64,000 nt of DNA from Lytechinus pictus (taxonomy: Eukaryota). The stretch spans positions 11,418,148-11,482,147 of the forward strand of contig NC_087247.1 in NCBI RefSeq assembly GCF_037042905.1, read 5' to 3'. The notes beneath the pieces are model-generated. The model saw only the letters and a program-made list of their open reading frames with translations. It had not been told where the DNA came from and did not search any database. How positions within the stretch are numbered: the first letter of the stretch is position 1; the number at the start of each line of letters is the position of its first letter. Of the stretch, positions 1 to 12,420 are shown in pieces. The translations under genes and the position numbers were made by a program.

Positions 1-1709
1 GCGCGTCTTTACAGAGATTTCTTTTTAACAAAAAGGACAATACTCTCATCTTTTTGCAAAGTCTATATCGCATCTTTTCAAGCCTCATTTCAAGGAAAAT
101 ATTAGTCAATACTCTCTGATTGTACAGGAATAACGTTAAGGTTTTATTCTCAATAAATATATAATTTTTCTTCATTTTCATGTCAACATTTGGGGTTAAT
201 TCACCTAGAAATATTGGTGAAATCAACGGCACGGAGATAAAATAGCCCCTACCCTCTTATAAGTTTATTTCATTTTTTTCTTAAAAGTAATTTGGGCGCA
301 AGCACATCATCCGCGTTGCAATACCCAGATACGTGATGGGTATGTCTACGCAGGCACTATTCTGTTGCGTATCATCTATATTTACGCAAGATAAAATCTA
401 TATGCAAGATAAAATTGTAAATTCTATCTGAGAGATAAAATATCATCTCAGAATACCAATTTCATTATAAGAGATAAAATAAAATATTTTAAAGATAAAA
501 TGACCTCAGAATACCGCCCCAGTGCTTTATATTATATTTAAATAGCTTAGCCATCCTCATCATCTGTTTCATCTACTTTCCTGCGGAGCACTACATATAT
601 GGAACAAATATATAGTTAGTAATTTTCACTGACAACTGTTAAAAACCACTGAAATTATTGCAACTAATTGGCTCAGAAAAAGAAGCGTTGTTATGTAAAA
701 CAACCCTAAAAAGCACCGACAAGGTGCTTCATTAAACATTCAGCTGATCTCAAATTAACTAGTACTTCAGAATCTTAAAGGTGCACCAATCAACCAAGAT
801 AAATCCGGAAGACAATGTCAATGATACTGGGTATATTATACAATAAAGTAAACTAGTCAGGAAGACATGACAAAATGGCAAGATTCTGCATCTTGTTAAT
901 CAAGGCCGTGTAACATAGTGCACAGCAATTAATTTGAGGCCCATGTCTATGATTGTATGCATTTATAATCGTGTATCATCAATAATAAAAACTCAGGTGA
1001 ATCACAATCAATCGCGATCACTAGGCTTTATTTTACAGGGCCCAGACTTGACAAGGATGGGAAGGCAAGAAGGCATCCTCATCAAGTTGACTTTTTGTCT
1101 TCTTGTCAGACAAAGTTGACTTGACGAGAAAATTGATATTGACTTTTTACCTGTTTCAACCAGAGAATAATAGATTTGGTCCACTGAATCTAATGTTCTC
1201 TGGTTGAAACAGGTAAACAGGTAGTCAACGAATTGTGACTGGTACTGTACATGTACTTCCCATCAAGTTCACTCGATAAGACACAACACGAAATTTTCAT
1301 CCTGAATTATTTTGTCATCTCCGATCACTTTTCACCTTCCGTATCTTACCTCTACTGGGTCCTTAGCACAGCTAGGGGGCTTCCGAGGTGTCTTCTTAGG
1401 GGTCTTGCCTCGTCTAAAAAAAAACATGAAATGATACAAGAAATTATATTACATTTTTGTCCCATGGCACTGGGCTCAGCAGCCAATCAAAATCAAGGTT
1501 ACCATGGTAGTTGTCATAATGGCAAAGTTACAACAGTTGTAACTTTTTATGAAACGTGGGGCCCCCAATGGGAAGGTTAGGAAAAAAAAATATTACTTTT
1601 TATTTCATTGAAGTATCTTTCGTATACAGTTAATCTTCTATGATAGCAGCAAAATCACATCGATACATAGGAAGATGTCTAAATATGTCAACCCTCAGAT
1701 GCACAAGGT

Positions 1710-2055
1710 TACAAATACAATTTTACATCCTTGTTTGATTGAAAGAAAGGAAGACAGGAAGGAAAGAAGGAAGACAGAAAGCCAAAAAGAAAGAGAAGCA
1801 ATAAAAGGAATTTAAAAAAGAAAGGAAAGAAAGAAAGAAAAAAAAAGAATGAATTACACCTTAGTTCTATTACGGTACTTTTGTATGAATTGACAGAGTA
1901 AAAATGAGGAGCAATAAAAGGAATTTTAAAAAAAGATAAAAGGAAGGAAGAAAGAAGGAAAGAAAGAAAAAATAAAAGCTTCAGGGGAAAGAAATAAAAG
2001 AAATAAGAATGAAGAAAGGTAGAAAGATTTAAAAACAAATCAATAATGTATGACA
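1710..2055. repeat. Polypurine (GAAAGG/GGAA)n low-complexity tract
   Basis: The plus strand is almost exclusively A/G for ~340 bp. Confidence 0.9.
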
Positions 2056-3379
2056 TGATGATGCATGTTGAACATCATGTTATAAAACTAGTTCAACTTA
2101 AATTAAAGGAAGAGAAAAACATGATTGATAAAATGGGTGAAAAGATGAGTGCAAACGAAGCGACGCTGCATTGGATGTAGACCAAAAGCTTTGGTCTCTG
2201 TTATGTTGGTTGTTCCGTTGAACTCCATTGGCTCCACTCACCAAATACAGAGACCGAAGTTCTAGCGCGATCTGTACAGGGGACTCAATGGCCATATGTT
2301 TATGTATTAAGTTCGGATAAAACAGGGAAGTGAAGTTGCGCGACAGCCGAAGTAAGTCACCATGGTCACTGTTTTTTCCCCTTTTAAGTTTATTTTTCCC
2401 AGTTTTGGTGCATTTCAGGCCAAAACGGAAACATCTTTATCTTGGTACAGTTCTTTTTATATATTTTTATGAAATAAAGACAAAATTCGATGAGCCCAAT
2501 CGGGGGGATTTTGCATTGTTAATCCCCTAATGGTGGCTGGAGCCGTCTGTGTACGAGGAGAAATTAACAATAAATAAAAATGTTAAAAAACTACTCGAAA
2601 CAGACGGCTGCCAGCTGTTAACATTGGATGACACTTCACACGATGTGAACTAAAATTAAAAATTAAGTCTTGACAAAGAACAAAATTAAGGCAATGACTC
2701 AAAGCCAAAAAAATAAAAAATAAAAACTCAAAGTTTCAAACAAAAGTCAAAATCCAACTTCGATTGACCAAACATGAAACAAAAATGTAAAGCCAAAGCC
2801 GGCCCAAGGCAAAGGTAAAGCCAAGCCCACTCATCCTACGAACGAGGTTATAATGGCCAAGCCCAAAGCAACACAACGATAAAAAGCACGAAGTAAATTA
2901 CTGACTAAACATGCTAAAAATAAATATTCATTCACAGAATTATATAGGCAAGACAGTGGGTATTCTCTAACTTTAAGTCTTTAGTCTTGGCATTTTTCTT
3001 GCACAAAAATGGTTAAAACAGTATGGTATGCGTATGCATGGTCACCTGGGCCCCCGGGATTTGGCTCCTGTGCAATGCAAATTAGGGTAACACGGATTCG
3101 TGATAAATGAATTGGTCATTGTATGCATACGAGTTGCATACCGGTACGCCAGTAATGAAAATGGTCTAAAAAGAAAAATATTGTGTGGAAAATGACCGAG
3201 GGCTCGGTTCATACCTATACTTTAAATTATCCAGACCACCTTCGTCGTGACCATGTTTTTTATTCTTTGATAGTTACTTACGTTGGCTTCATGTTGGGAT
3301 CCCTTGTCTAGTCAGAAATACAGCTATTTTGGTGATATCTTTGCTCAAATTCAGAAGAAAATCGGTCAGCCACAAAATG

Positions 3380-3660
3380 CATAAAAATCGTCTGCGCACA
3401 ATATTGCATTCAAAAAGCGAGCGCGCTCGATCGATCGAAAGATCAAGAGCCAATCATCGTTGAAATTGCAAGAGTGTAGCCGGAGAGGGAGACATTTCAA
3501 AACACGGAGATTTCGCGAACTTGCATCATTGCTGATCCTTGCGTAGGCATGGTGCAAGACCATTGTCCCCTGAACTTCCGGGGACCTGCTCTATCGCGGT
3601 AAGGTACCGGGCTGGGCCAGGGGCGTGATCCTCGGCATACATGTAACTACAGTCTACAAG
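3380..3660 (+). promoter_or_regulatory. CpG-rich segment ~1.2 kb upstream of the TEP1-like start codon; candidate promoter / 5'UTR exon
   Basis: Local CpG cluster (gcgagcgcgctcgatcgatcg, ctatcgcggtaagg...ggcgtgatcctcggc) in otherwise AT-rich DNA. The acceptor tgcag at ~4799 upstream of the ATG suggests a 5'UTR intron. Confidence 0.25.
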
Positions 3661-4871
3661 CTCAGCTCAGTCTTATGGCACTTGACAATGACAGACTTCG
3701 GAAATTACATTACATGATGTAGAGCGAGCAGAGACAGAGCTGTACGAGACACAGATGAAGCTCAGTTCAAATTGGAATTTGGAGTAAGGAAAGAGTGTCA
3801 TGTCACTGCTTGTAGTAAAGAAGAGGTAATTTCATCAACTTCAAGGCAAGCCAAGTGTGTCTGAGTGAAATTAAGACTGAATACCGATTACCGGTAGTAG
3901 CGGTACTGAACCTTGTTTGACTGACTCACTGAGAGTGAGACACTTGAGTGAATTTCATTCCTGTAGACTGCTTCGAGAGTCAAGATGGTGTTTTGAATTT
4001 TGTCTTATTTTTTTTTATTTTATTGAGCAGGAGTAAGATAAGAAAAATAAGTAAGTTGAGGTTTGATTAAACAGGAGTTTCTCTTATTAAATTAACAGTT
4101 TCAGATGACAGTAAATATTTTACTAAAATATGTAGGCCTAGTAAAAAGTAGTAGATTGCTAGAATCTTTTAAAATGGCACTGTACATACTCCACAACACC
4201 AGACCTGTCAAATACAGTACAATAACTAGACGATGGACTGTACTTCATCAGAAGAAGAGGAAGAGAAGACTCCAGAGTCCAGGTATCTCCAAAGAAGCGG
4301 AGGGATCAGCTAAGAGAGAGGTTTCCCATTCCAGACCAATTTTACTTCCCACCTATGCATGAGCATGAGCGTGTCCAAAACTTTTCTGCATGCAAATCAG
4401 TTCATCAGATTTTGTGTGCGCTTCTGCGGGCAACTGTGTGTGAGATACAGGCGAGATAGCTACTGGCCAAATACTGTCAATAAGTTCAGAAATATATTTA
4501 GAAGAAATGATTTCCCAAAGGAATATTAAATCTCTCAATCAAAAGTGTGTTGTTTATAAATATCAGCATTTCAATGTCCGCAGAGCTCTTCTACCAATGA
4601 TGCATTGCATTTGATGTGCAGATTTACTTGGAGTTGACTTTTAAAGATGGATGATATAAATTTCGGTTATATTTCACAAAACTTTAATCATTTAATTATT
4701 GCTTACTTGAATTTGAATCCTAAATTCGTACTACCATTCAGAAGTCTAATCAACAATTTATTGATTTTCTTTTTCAATCATCTGTTTCTCTTAAATGCAG
4801 AATAATTCATACTTATGAGTGAGGAAAAAATCAGCTTCTACTTTAGATATTAAATTTGTCGACTTGTCAAG

Positions 4872-5567
4872 ATGAGTTACCTGTCAAACCCTCTGTTGAC
4901 GGGTTCATTGTCGTCTGGTCTAACAGCAACAAAGCGAAAGGCAAGGGATGATGGCTGCAGTCAAGCGTCGGTCCCAAGCAAGCAGACGTCCACTGGAATG
5001 TCCCTCCAAAAAAGCAGCCTCTTTGGAAGCTCCCTGCTTGGTGGTGTCTCGAAGAAAGATGGCAAGTCCCAATTTAACCTGGGCATGAAGTCATCTAGTC
5101 TGGGCACCAAGTCCCCACTGATTGAAAACAAGCTGCTCTCTTCTGCAACAGCCAATACTGGTTTGCATAGTAAGCTTCAGGGCAGCTCTGGAAGATCCCT
5201 TCTAGCAGGCGGAAGCTTGCTATCGATGGGCAGCTCTCTCTCATCATCATCCTCTTTATCAGCCTCAGGGTACGGCAGCGTCTTGAAGGGTTCCCAGAAG
5301 ACCCGCAGCTTGAGCCGTAGCAACAGCACCCAAGCCGAGGAGTCCAAGACCAAGAAGATCAAAGCACAGCATCTTCCAGAGCAGTCGAAGGAGGACAATG
5401 TCATTGACCCAACCCTTACCACGTGTGAGCTGCCAGACTACGATTTCTCACGACAGCTTCCAGTTGCAAAGCCAGCTGTGCAGGAATATGATCACCAGTT
5501 TGAGAAGCTGGACATGGCCAAAACTCTGACGACAAAGCCAGGGGAAAACTACTCAACAAAATTAAAG
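4872..5567 (+). CDS. TEP1: TEP1-like exon 1 (putative first coding exon; Ser-rich N-terminal region)
   Basis: ATG with A at -3 and an in-frame upstream stop at 4851. 232-codon ORF MSYLSNPLLTGS...DPTLTTCELPDYD...ENYSTKLK ending at donor AAG|gtagag, phase 0 into the next exon. Low-complexity, so homology is weak. Confidence 0.45.
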
Positions 5568-5939
5568 GTAGAGTATTAATTAAAAAATTCATCTATTCAA
5601 CTTATCAGGCCAAGCTAAATACATTGTGTTTACTTTTTTTTTAAATGAGGCATCTAACTCATCTTATAAGAAAGATTCATAGTACATCTCCATTAGCAAT
5701 CATGACTATACATTATGCATTCTATAAGATCATTTCTTGAAGCAATTTTGTCAATCATTTTGAGAAACAATATCAGATTGATTTAAAGAAATTTAAATTG
5801 TTAAGGGTTATTGTAATATCCTTCAACTTGCTTTGTATTTCATTCAACTGGAAATATACATGTTCATGTTATTTGTTTTGAAAAGTTATGAAATAGCTAT
5901 GAAATAATGTAGCTTATTGCAAGTATTTTGATTCAACAG

Positions 5940-6074
5940 CAACAGTTCATCAATGCTGTTAGTGCCTCCCTGATCGGTGGCCCAAACTTTCATGAGCGTG
6001 GAGATAGCACAAGAAAGAATATCAACAGGCAGGCCACTTCCATCATCAATGAAGATCCTGAATTTATTCTAAAG
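5940..6074 (+). CDS. TEP1: TEP1-like exon 2 (start of TROVE region)
   Basis: Acceptor ttcaacag|CAACAG, donor AAG|gtgagc. QQFINAVSASLIGGPNFHERGDSTRKNINRQATSIINEDPEFILK, compare human TEP1 LLEPEFILK. Confidence 0.7.
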
Positions 6075-7653
6075 GTGAGCAAAGAGAATTACTCCTGCAG
6101 AAGGATTCCAAATGTTTGGAGGGAAATTGAAGGGTGATACGACATTTTCTCCTGGGACGATTGCTCCGGGGCTTGATTTCGTCTAAGGTGTAGAGTTAGG
6201 GTTAGGGTTGCTATAGGGTTTTATGTTGGGTTTAGGTTAAGCTTAGGGTAGGGCATAGTGTTAAACCTTGGGTTGAAGTTGGTTATTCGATTAGTGTGTG
6301 GAATTTAGAGCGGAGCAATTGTCACCGGAGCGATGCCTTGATTTATATATTTCAACTTATTGTGACATTAGGCTGAAATTGTGAAAAAGAAGTATGGTAA
6401 TCTATTTTTTAAAGATGTTTAGGAAGTGTCAACTGTCAAAGTATGAGGAATATAAGAATATGTTTTAGTGACAATTACCGTATGTTCTGTATCTGATTAC
6501 TTAATATTTGCTTTTACAGAATGTTGTCATGTTTTTTATTATTTTTTTACTTTGATAGCTACATGCAGGAACTTTTTTATTTCATCTGATTGCATAACGC
6601 CAGGACATGGTTGCTTTAAACTGAGTATCTAAGTCAATTTTCCCCATTCAAAGCATGTATGTTTCAGATGATTCCATGTGTTGTAATGTGTACATAGCTG
6701 TGCATATTGCATTGGTTCACTTTTATGGCTGATGCAAGGCTTTGAAATACACTACACCCCTTAAATTGCAACCTTGATGTCAAAAGTTGTGCAAGGCTTG
6801 AATGCTGGGAATTGCCATTATAATAATTCTACCATCTTCAGGGAGCCTTTTTTTTTGTATTCAGTGATTTTAATGCGGAATGCTATTCATTGCCTATTAT
6901 TGATTACGTTGATCTCCTAATTTATGAATGACCTCCCTGATATTGAAAATTTTCCTGATAAAATTGGCAGAATAACAGAATAGGTAATTGTTACAAGTAT
7001 CAGATTACCCAATTAACACATCATTACACATTGCTGGGATTTGTTTTCTTCCTTGTACTACTTTCATGCAATGAATGTTAGGGCTATGATTTAAGTATGA
7101 TTGGTCAAAACATGTCTTGTATCTAATAGTTACTGTCCGGTGACATAACATTGCTCGTGCGACATTTGCTCCATATTAGGGTTTATTTGGTTTTGGAGGT
7201 TAGAATTTATGATTGGCTTAATAATAATGTGCAGATTTTCCATCAGAGCAATTGTCGCCGGAGCAAATGTTATGGAACCTACTGTCCATGGTCTAATATT
7301 TGATGAACAATCTTAGAAATGCATATACTGTCTTTTAATATTTCTTGGGTTTTCCATATTTTTTTAGTTCAGACAATTTAAACGTGGCAATGAAGGTTAT
7401 GATTGTATAGATATTTCAATTTATTGCCAATTATTTAACTGATAGAAACAAATGATACGCAGGCCTACTCACAGAGACTATCTTTGTTTTTCACAGATGA
7501 CTTGCAACCTGAAGGTCATTCTGTATGTCATGAATAGGTTTTTATAAACTGCAAACATAAATGAAAAATGCTCACTCTTAAGAAAAAAAAAGAGTAGGCC
7601 TAATATTTATGTTCCAGTGTTAAATATAGTATGTGTCATTTGCCTTTAATCAG

Positions 7654-7815
7654 GTTGCACTGTATACGAGGAAGGAGTTGAATATACGTACCACAGCCAA
7701 TTTCCTGCTAGCTCTTGCGGCCATGACCCCCGAGTGCCGACCTTTTCTCAGGAAGTATTTCAGCTCCAGCATTGCCCTGCCATCTGATTGGATAGATGTA
7801 GCAGAACTTTACCAG
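7654..7815 (+). CDS. TEP1: TEP1-like exon 3 (TROVE)
   Basis: VALYTRKELNIRTTANFLLALAAMTPECRPFLRKYFSSSIALPSDWIDVAELYQ. Human: ASLYARQQLNVRNVANNILAIAAFLPACRPHLRRYF..LPSDWIQVAELYQ. Acceptor aatcag|, donor CAG|gtaatg. Confidence 0.9.
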
Positions 7816-7904
7816 GTAATGATGAATTTGGAACAGATTTTTTCTTAATTTCGAAATCACAAACTGTCAACCAGTGTATAATACATTGATCTATTGGGAG
7901 GTTG

Positions 7905-7990
7905 GGAGGGAGAAAAATTGATATATGGATGGATAGATACATAGATGGGTGGATGGATGGATGGATAAATGGATAGATAGATATGTAGTG
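7905..7990. repeat. (GGATGGATA)n microsatellite
   Basis: gatggatggatagatacatagatgggtggatggatggatggataaatggatagatagat. Confidence 0.9.
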
Positions 7991-8327
7991 CATCTCTTGA
8001 AAAAACAGAACCAAGAATTATCTACGATTTATCATATCTTAATCACAAATACAATAGACACACGACCCACCATTGTAAAGCTTAGAGTCTCCTCTTCGAG
8101 CTGGTATAACTTTAGATAACTCTTTTTTCATGCATGAGTGAGTAAAAACAAAATTTTTGAAGAAAGGATACTAAAAGTCACTTGTTGGGCAGTATCTGAA
8201 TTTCACAAAGAAAATCACTTGTCTAGAAAGTGTAATATCTACTCTTTAATGTGACACTTCAATCGAAGAAAGTGGTCAAGAAATGAATATGTAAAGACAA
8301 ACTTATTGTTGATTTCTCTTCTTACAG

Positions 8328-8424
8328 ACATTCCATGATAAGAATATCAACTACGGATCCCTGCCATCGGCCCTCCGCAAGGCGATGATTGATCGATTTC
8401 CTCGCTTTGATCAGTACCAGCTTG
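8328..8424 (+). CDS. TEP1: TEP1-like exon 4 (TROVE)
   Basis: TFHDKNINYGSLPSALRKAMIDRFPRFDQYQL. Human: LPACLRTAMTDKFAQFDEYQLA. cttacag| and TTG|gtaagt. Confidence 0.85.
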
Positions 8425-8626
8425 GTAAGTGTTTTAGGTTATTATTGAATCAAGCAATAGAATACACTCAAGTCGCGAGCAAAATATCTGTTTGCCAATT
8501 TAATCAGGTAGGAACTTTTATTGGATTTGACACCTTTGCTATTACCATGATCTTCCATTCTTGAAAAGTTGAAAGCAACAGCATTTTCCTTTTTAAATTT
8601 TATATTTAGAAATGAATAGGGATTGT

Positions 8627-8815
8627 TGGGAGGCGCGGTAGCTCAGTCGGTAGAGCGGGGATTTGTATTGCGGTGACCCGGGTGTGATTCCCACTTGGTG
8701 CGCTAGTGCCCTTTGGTAAGGCATTAATCCTCAGTACCAGGTCCTTTGGAGAGGACCTTAAGCTGTCGGTCCTCTGGTTGCTTGCTTACAAGCATTCATG
8801 CTTTCTTAGCAATCA
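8627..8815 (+). mobile_element. tRNA-derived SINE, family A
   Basis: tRNA-like head GGCGCGGTAGCTCAGTCGGTAGAGCG...GTGTGATTCCCAC (A and B boxes) followed by a non-tRNA body. The stems do not close as a real tRNA. Confidence 0.7.
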
Positions 8816-9831
8816 GGTAAAAAATCATCACCATCACCATCATCAGAATACCTCCACAAGGCAATGCTTTCCGAATGGCAGCCGTGGAAAAATGCCCAAG
8901 AGATGTTTTTTGTGCATTATAGATTTGGCTCGGTATTCAACCATTTATTTGAATTGCCTGGTGAGGAAACTACCAAATATTGGCAGCTAATTCTGCTGTC
9001 TCACCAATGAAGATGACTCAAAACTGATCACGGATATCACATTATTTTGAAGGACGCACCATCGGTAGGTTTGGATTCAGTTTTGTTAGTGTCATCATGA
9101 AACCTTATGATCAGGGCAGGTTTCTTAAAGGTAAAAAAGGTAATTGCAATGAACAATTATTTCATGAGAAAGCTGTTAAAATCAAGGTTAATTACTACAT
9201 GTATCATATTATCATAGGTCAAGATCTGGTACATTGCAATCAACTCATCTTTGTGAAATCATGAAATCTTAGCTGAAAAACCTACATGTTTAATGATAAT
9301 AACACAAAAAGGCATATGTGGGACAGTGCATCAATATTTGCTTGGAAAATATTGCTTATTTTGCTCATTTATCAGCAATTCCACTTTTTCTTTTCCAGAG
9401 CCAATTGGCACATATTTTGTTTATTTATACATGCAAACATTTGGGTGGTCATTTTATTGGATTCTGTTTGAACTCATTTTGAGATTCTTACAACTGGTTC
9501 TAACAATGATGTTACAACATCTTTAAGTCAGAGCTGATCTTCCAACTGGAGGAACTTGGGGAGTATTTCATGAAACGCGGTCAGTGATTTAAACTTATTA
9601 TATGTTATAAGCTACTGAAACCCTTGCATCCGAGTGGCTCAAAGCAAATTGGTCAGTGAAAATCACCAAGCAAGCTGTTCGTTAAGTTCCGAATGACTTC
9701 ATGGCTGACTGGTGACGCTTTCTTGTACTACATGATATATCCACATGTAGCTGACTTAGTACCTTAGAAACCCATTCCAGTCTTGCTTAAAGTCGTGCGT
9801 AACTTCATGAATGGCTTTATGAAACATCCAC

Positions 9832-10088
9832 CCGGGTCCCCCGTCTTACAAAAAGTTATGATTGATCCGATCAACTTCAAGTATATGAAAATCCATCTAT
9901 GTCATAATTTTTCCCCAAGAAAATTTGCAAAATGTCATTTGAAAACAGTGACTGCATGAATATACATCATATATATCTAGAAAATAATTCAAACAAACGT
10001 GTATATTAGATGTTGACGTTGCCGGCTTTCCATAGTTGTGGTTGATTGGATCAATCGTAACTCTTTGTAAGACGGGGGCCTGGATCTT
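9832..10088. mobile_element. MITE with ~45-bp TIRs (CCCCCGTCTTACAAAAAGTTATGATTGATCC...) just upstream of the exon 5 acceptor
   Basis: Left TIR at 9836 and its reverse complement at 10040-10088. A second copy lies at 12781-13205. Confidence 0.7.
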
Positions 10089-10122
10089 CCATTCTTTAAC
10101 ATTTGATGCTTTGCTTCTGCAG

Positions 10123-10342
10123 CAAAGTACAACAAGGACAAGAAGAAGAAGAAACCCGCTGCCAAAACCGACAAGCCAGCCAAGGAGGAGAACCTCCCGG
10201 ATGATAGAGATGATGGAGATAGTGAGAACAGTGATACGGATGAGGAGGAGATGGAGAGATTGAGCTTTACCCTCAAGCAGTTGATCCGGAAGCTTCACAT
10301 CAATGATCCAGTAGACAGTGTGATGTGCCTCCTTGGAAAGAG
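10123..10342 (+). CDS. TEP1: TEP1-like exon 5 (TROVE, Lys-rich linker)
   Basis: AKYNKDKKKKKPAAK...LSFTLKQLIRKLHINDPVDSVMCLLGKR. Human: AKYNPRKHRAKRH...FTLKKLVQRLHIHKPAQHVQALLGYR. ttctgcag| and AG|gtaaaa. Confidence 0.85.
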
Positions 10343-10874
10343 GTAAAATGCTTGGAACAACCAGGGGTGGGGGTGCTACTCCCCCCCCCCCATGCAAACA
10401 AATGTAGAACTACTATGTTACCGCAGTCATTGTGAAGTTACTGTTGCATTAATGTTAATTCTAATGTCTTGCCCATCTCTTGATACCAAGTTTTAAGAAA
10501 ATTAAACAAGTGGTTGAGGGTTATGGTTTATTCTTGTAATCATCTGATTTGGCGTCAGAACACCTCCGTTTCAATGGAAATAATAATGAATATAGAAATA
10601 CATGCATCATTGAATATGTAGAAAGTCCAATAGTGCAGGTTTGATTTGTCAGCTCAAATCATTCACAAGTGACTAGGAATATTTTCTGAAATATTTCTCT
10701 TCATCATTAACACTTGAGGCAAGAGTCAAGTAAAGATAGGAAATGTATAATGTAAGTGCATTTTTGAAACTTTTGGCTTTCCATAGTTTTAGCACAGAGT
10801 TAGACCATGGCGTAAGTTAAACTGGACTTAAAGAACACGGGCCAGAGTCTTACAGTTGTCAGTGTTATCTTGCA

Positions 10875-11035
10875 GGTACCCAGAAGACATGGAGTCCTTC
10901 TACCAGAGCCGTCTTCCCGGTACGTGGGACGCCGAGAGGGCCGGTAAGAGGATGAAGCTACCTACCCCAGAGACCTGGGAGACGCAGGTCTCGCTGAAGG
11001 GCAATAAAGCACCAGTCTGGGAGCAACTTATTGGT
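10875..11035 (+). CDS. TEP1: TEP1-like exon 6 (TROVE)
   Basis: YPEDMESFYQSRLPGTWDAERAGKRMKLPTPETWETQVSLKGNKAPVWEQLI. Human: YPSNLQLFSRSRLPGPWDSSRAGKRMKLSRPETWERELSLRGNKASVWEELI. Confidence 0.9.
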
Positions 11036-11099
11036 AAGCTGAATGCTCCCCAAGGGAGTGGAGATGGTGTGCATAGGAAGTATTATATTTGATTAGTTG

Positions 11100-11440
11100 T
11101 CTATTAAGTGCCTACCAGTGAAAAGCAAATAAAAAATTCTTCACACTCTAGAGAACAGGGAAGCATGGGTCTCGGTGAAAGAAATTAAAGCACCAGGTTG
11201 GGAACAAGATGCATGCTCCCCAGGGAGTGTGGATGTTTGTGCATCTAGGAAATCTTGTATTGGTGTATTCAGCACCTACATGTACCATTGAAAAGTAAAG
11301 ATAAAAAATTAACAAGCTTCAGTAATTTTCAGCTCGGATTAAAGTGCAACTGCCATTCATGGCCATGCTGCGCAACCTATGCAACTCGATTGCCACCGGG
11401 ATCAGTTAAGATTAAAGTCTAACATTTGATTAATATGTCT
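11100..11440 (+). repeat. Degenerate tandem duplicate of the exon 6 3' end, intron, and exon 7 5' end
   Basis: 11150-11290 aligns to 10960-11100 (gcaggtctcgctgaagggcaataaagcaccag... versus gcatgggtctcggtgaaagaaattaaagcaccag...). 11320-11400 (aactgccattcatggccatgctgcgcaacctatgcaactcgattgccaccgggatcagttaag) copies the exon 7 start. Confidence 0.8.
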
Positions 11441-11451
11441 TTGCATCTTAG

Positions 11452-11652
11452 ACAACAAGAAACTGCCGTTCATGGCCATGCTGCGCAACCTGCGCAACAT
11501 GATCGCTGCCGGGATCAGTGAGAAGCACCACAAGTGGGTCCTCTACAAGCTGACCGACCGAGGCTCGGTGGTCTACAGCAAGCAGTTTCCTTTCCGGTTC
11601 TTCTCGGCTTACGAGGTGCTTCAGAGCATGGAGCGTGAACTGGAGAAAGCAG
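11452..11652 (+). CDS. TEP1: TEP1-like exon 7 (TROVE core)
   Basis: DNKKLPFMAMLRNLRNMIAAGISEKHHKWVLYKLTDRGSVVYSKQFPFRFFSAYEVLQSMERELEKA. Human: ENGKLPFMAMLRNLCNLLRVGISSRHHELILQRL..SRQFPFRFLNAHDA. Confidence 0.9.
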
Positions 11653-11879
11653 GTGAAGATTCAATTTTTAAGGGTCTTGAAAAGTAGTAGTCACTTGCCG
11701 CCCTTTCACACGGTACCAAAATTGTAATTTGAATGATGACTCCATCGAAAAATAATTCTCAAGACAAATTTTTAGCATGTGCCAAACCAAACTAGAATCA
11801 CGATCGCTAATCACAATCATGAATTCAAATTCTGTTCCGGATGTGAATTCCAGTTAAGTTTCACTCAAATTACGGGACA

Positions 11880-12420
11880 AATTTTACGTCTGAAAGGGTT
11901 GACCTCCAAAACATCTTTTGAGGGGCGATGCTTACGTGACCTTTCAAGCACTTCCGTAGATAATACATTGTCATGCAAAACATCTTTTGAGGGGCGGTGC
12001 TTACGTGACCTTTCAAGCACTTCCGTAGATAATGCATTGTCATGCACTCATCGTAGTTTCTTTTTTGCGATGTAGTGCTTTGATTGGGTTTGATTGGCAA
12101 GTCACCAAGGACACAATACCGCATTCGCTCAGGAATTCGAATTCAAATCACAGTTTTCGAGTGAACGTGTGTATGGTACAATGATTCTAAAGACGAATTG
12201 CAATCATTGATTACGTGACCTTTCAAGCACTTCCGTAGATAATACATTGTCATGCACTCATCGTAGTTTCTTTTTTGCGATGTAGTGCTTTGATCGGGTT
12301 TGATTGGCAAGTCACCAAGGACACAATACCGTATTCGCTCAGGAATTCAAATTCAAATCACAGTTTTCGAGTGAACGTGTGTATGGTACAATGATTCTAA
12401 AGACGAATTGCAATCATCAT
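11880..12420. repeat. Intronic tandem duplication (64-bp and ~215-bp units)
   Basis: caaaacatcttttgaggggcg.tgcttacgtgacctttcaagcacttccgtagataat.cattgtcatg occurs 3 times. cactcatcgtag...gaattgcaatcat occurs twice. Confidence 0.85.

Noticed and set aside
1251-1580. 109-aa ORF sharing the peptide SAANQNQGYHGSCHNGKVTTVVT with the ORF at 13048-13287
   Set aside because: The shared peptide is the translation of the palindromic ccatggcaa...ttgccatgg core of a MITE family, not a conserved protein.
6190-6260. Telomere-like TTAGGG repeats in a telomerase-associated gene
   Set aside because: Only 2-3 degenerate units inside an interspersed repeat family that also occurs at 7150-7270 and 48960-49170. 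Coincidental, not an interstitial telomeric array.
8627-8700. Possible tRNA gene (GGCGCGGTAGCTCAGTCGGTAGAGCG...)
   Set aside because: The anticodon and acceptor stems do not pair, and the sequence runs straight into a SINE body. Called a tRNA-derived SINE head instead. The same reasoning applies to the tRNA-like heads at 25951, 49211 and 50959.
9897-10397. 166-aa and 95-aa minus-strand ORFs
   Set aside because: They lie antisense to the well-supported plus-strand exon 5 (Lys/Glu-rich codons read backwards give long open frames). No splice or homology support.
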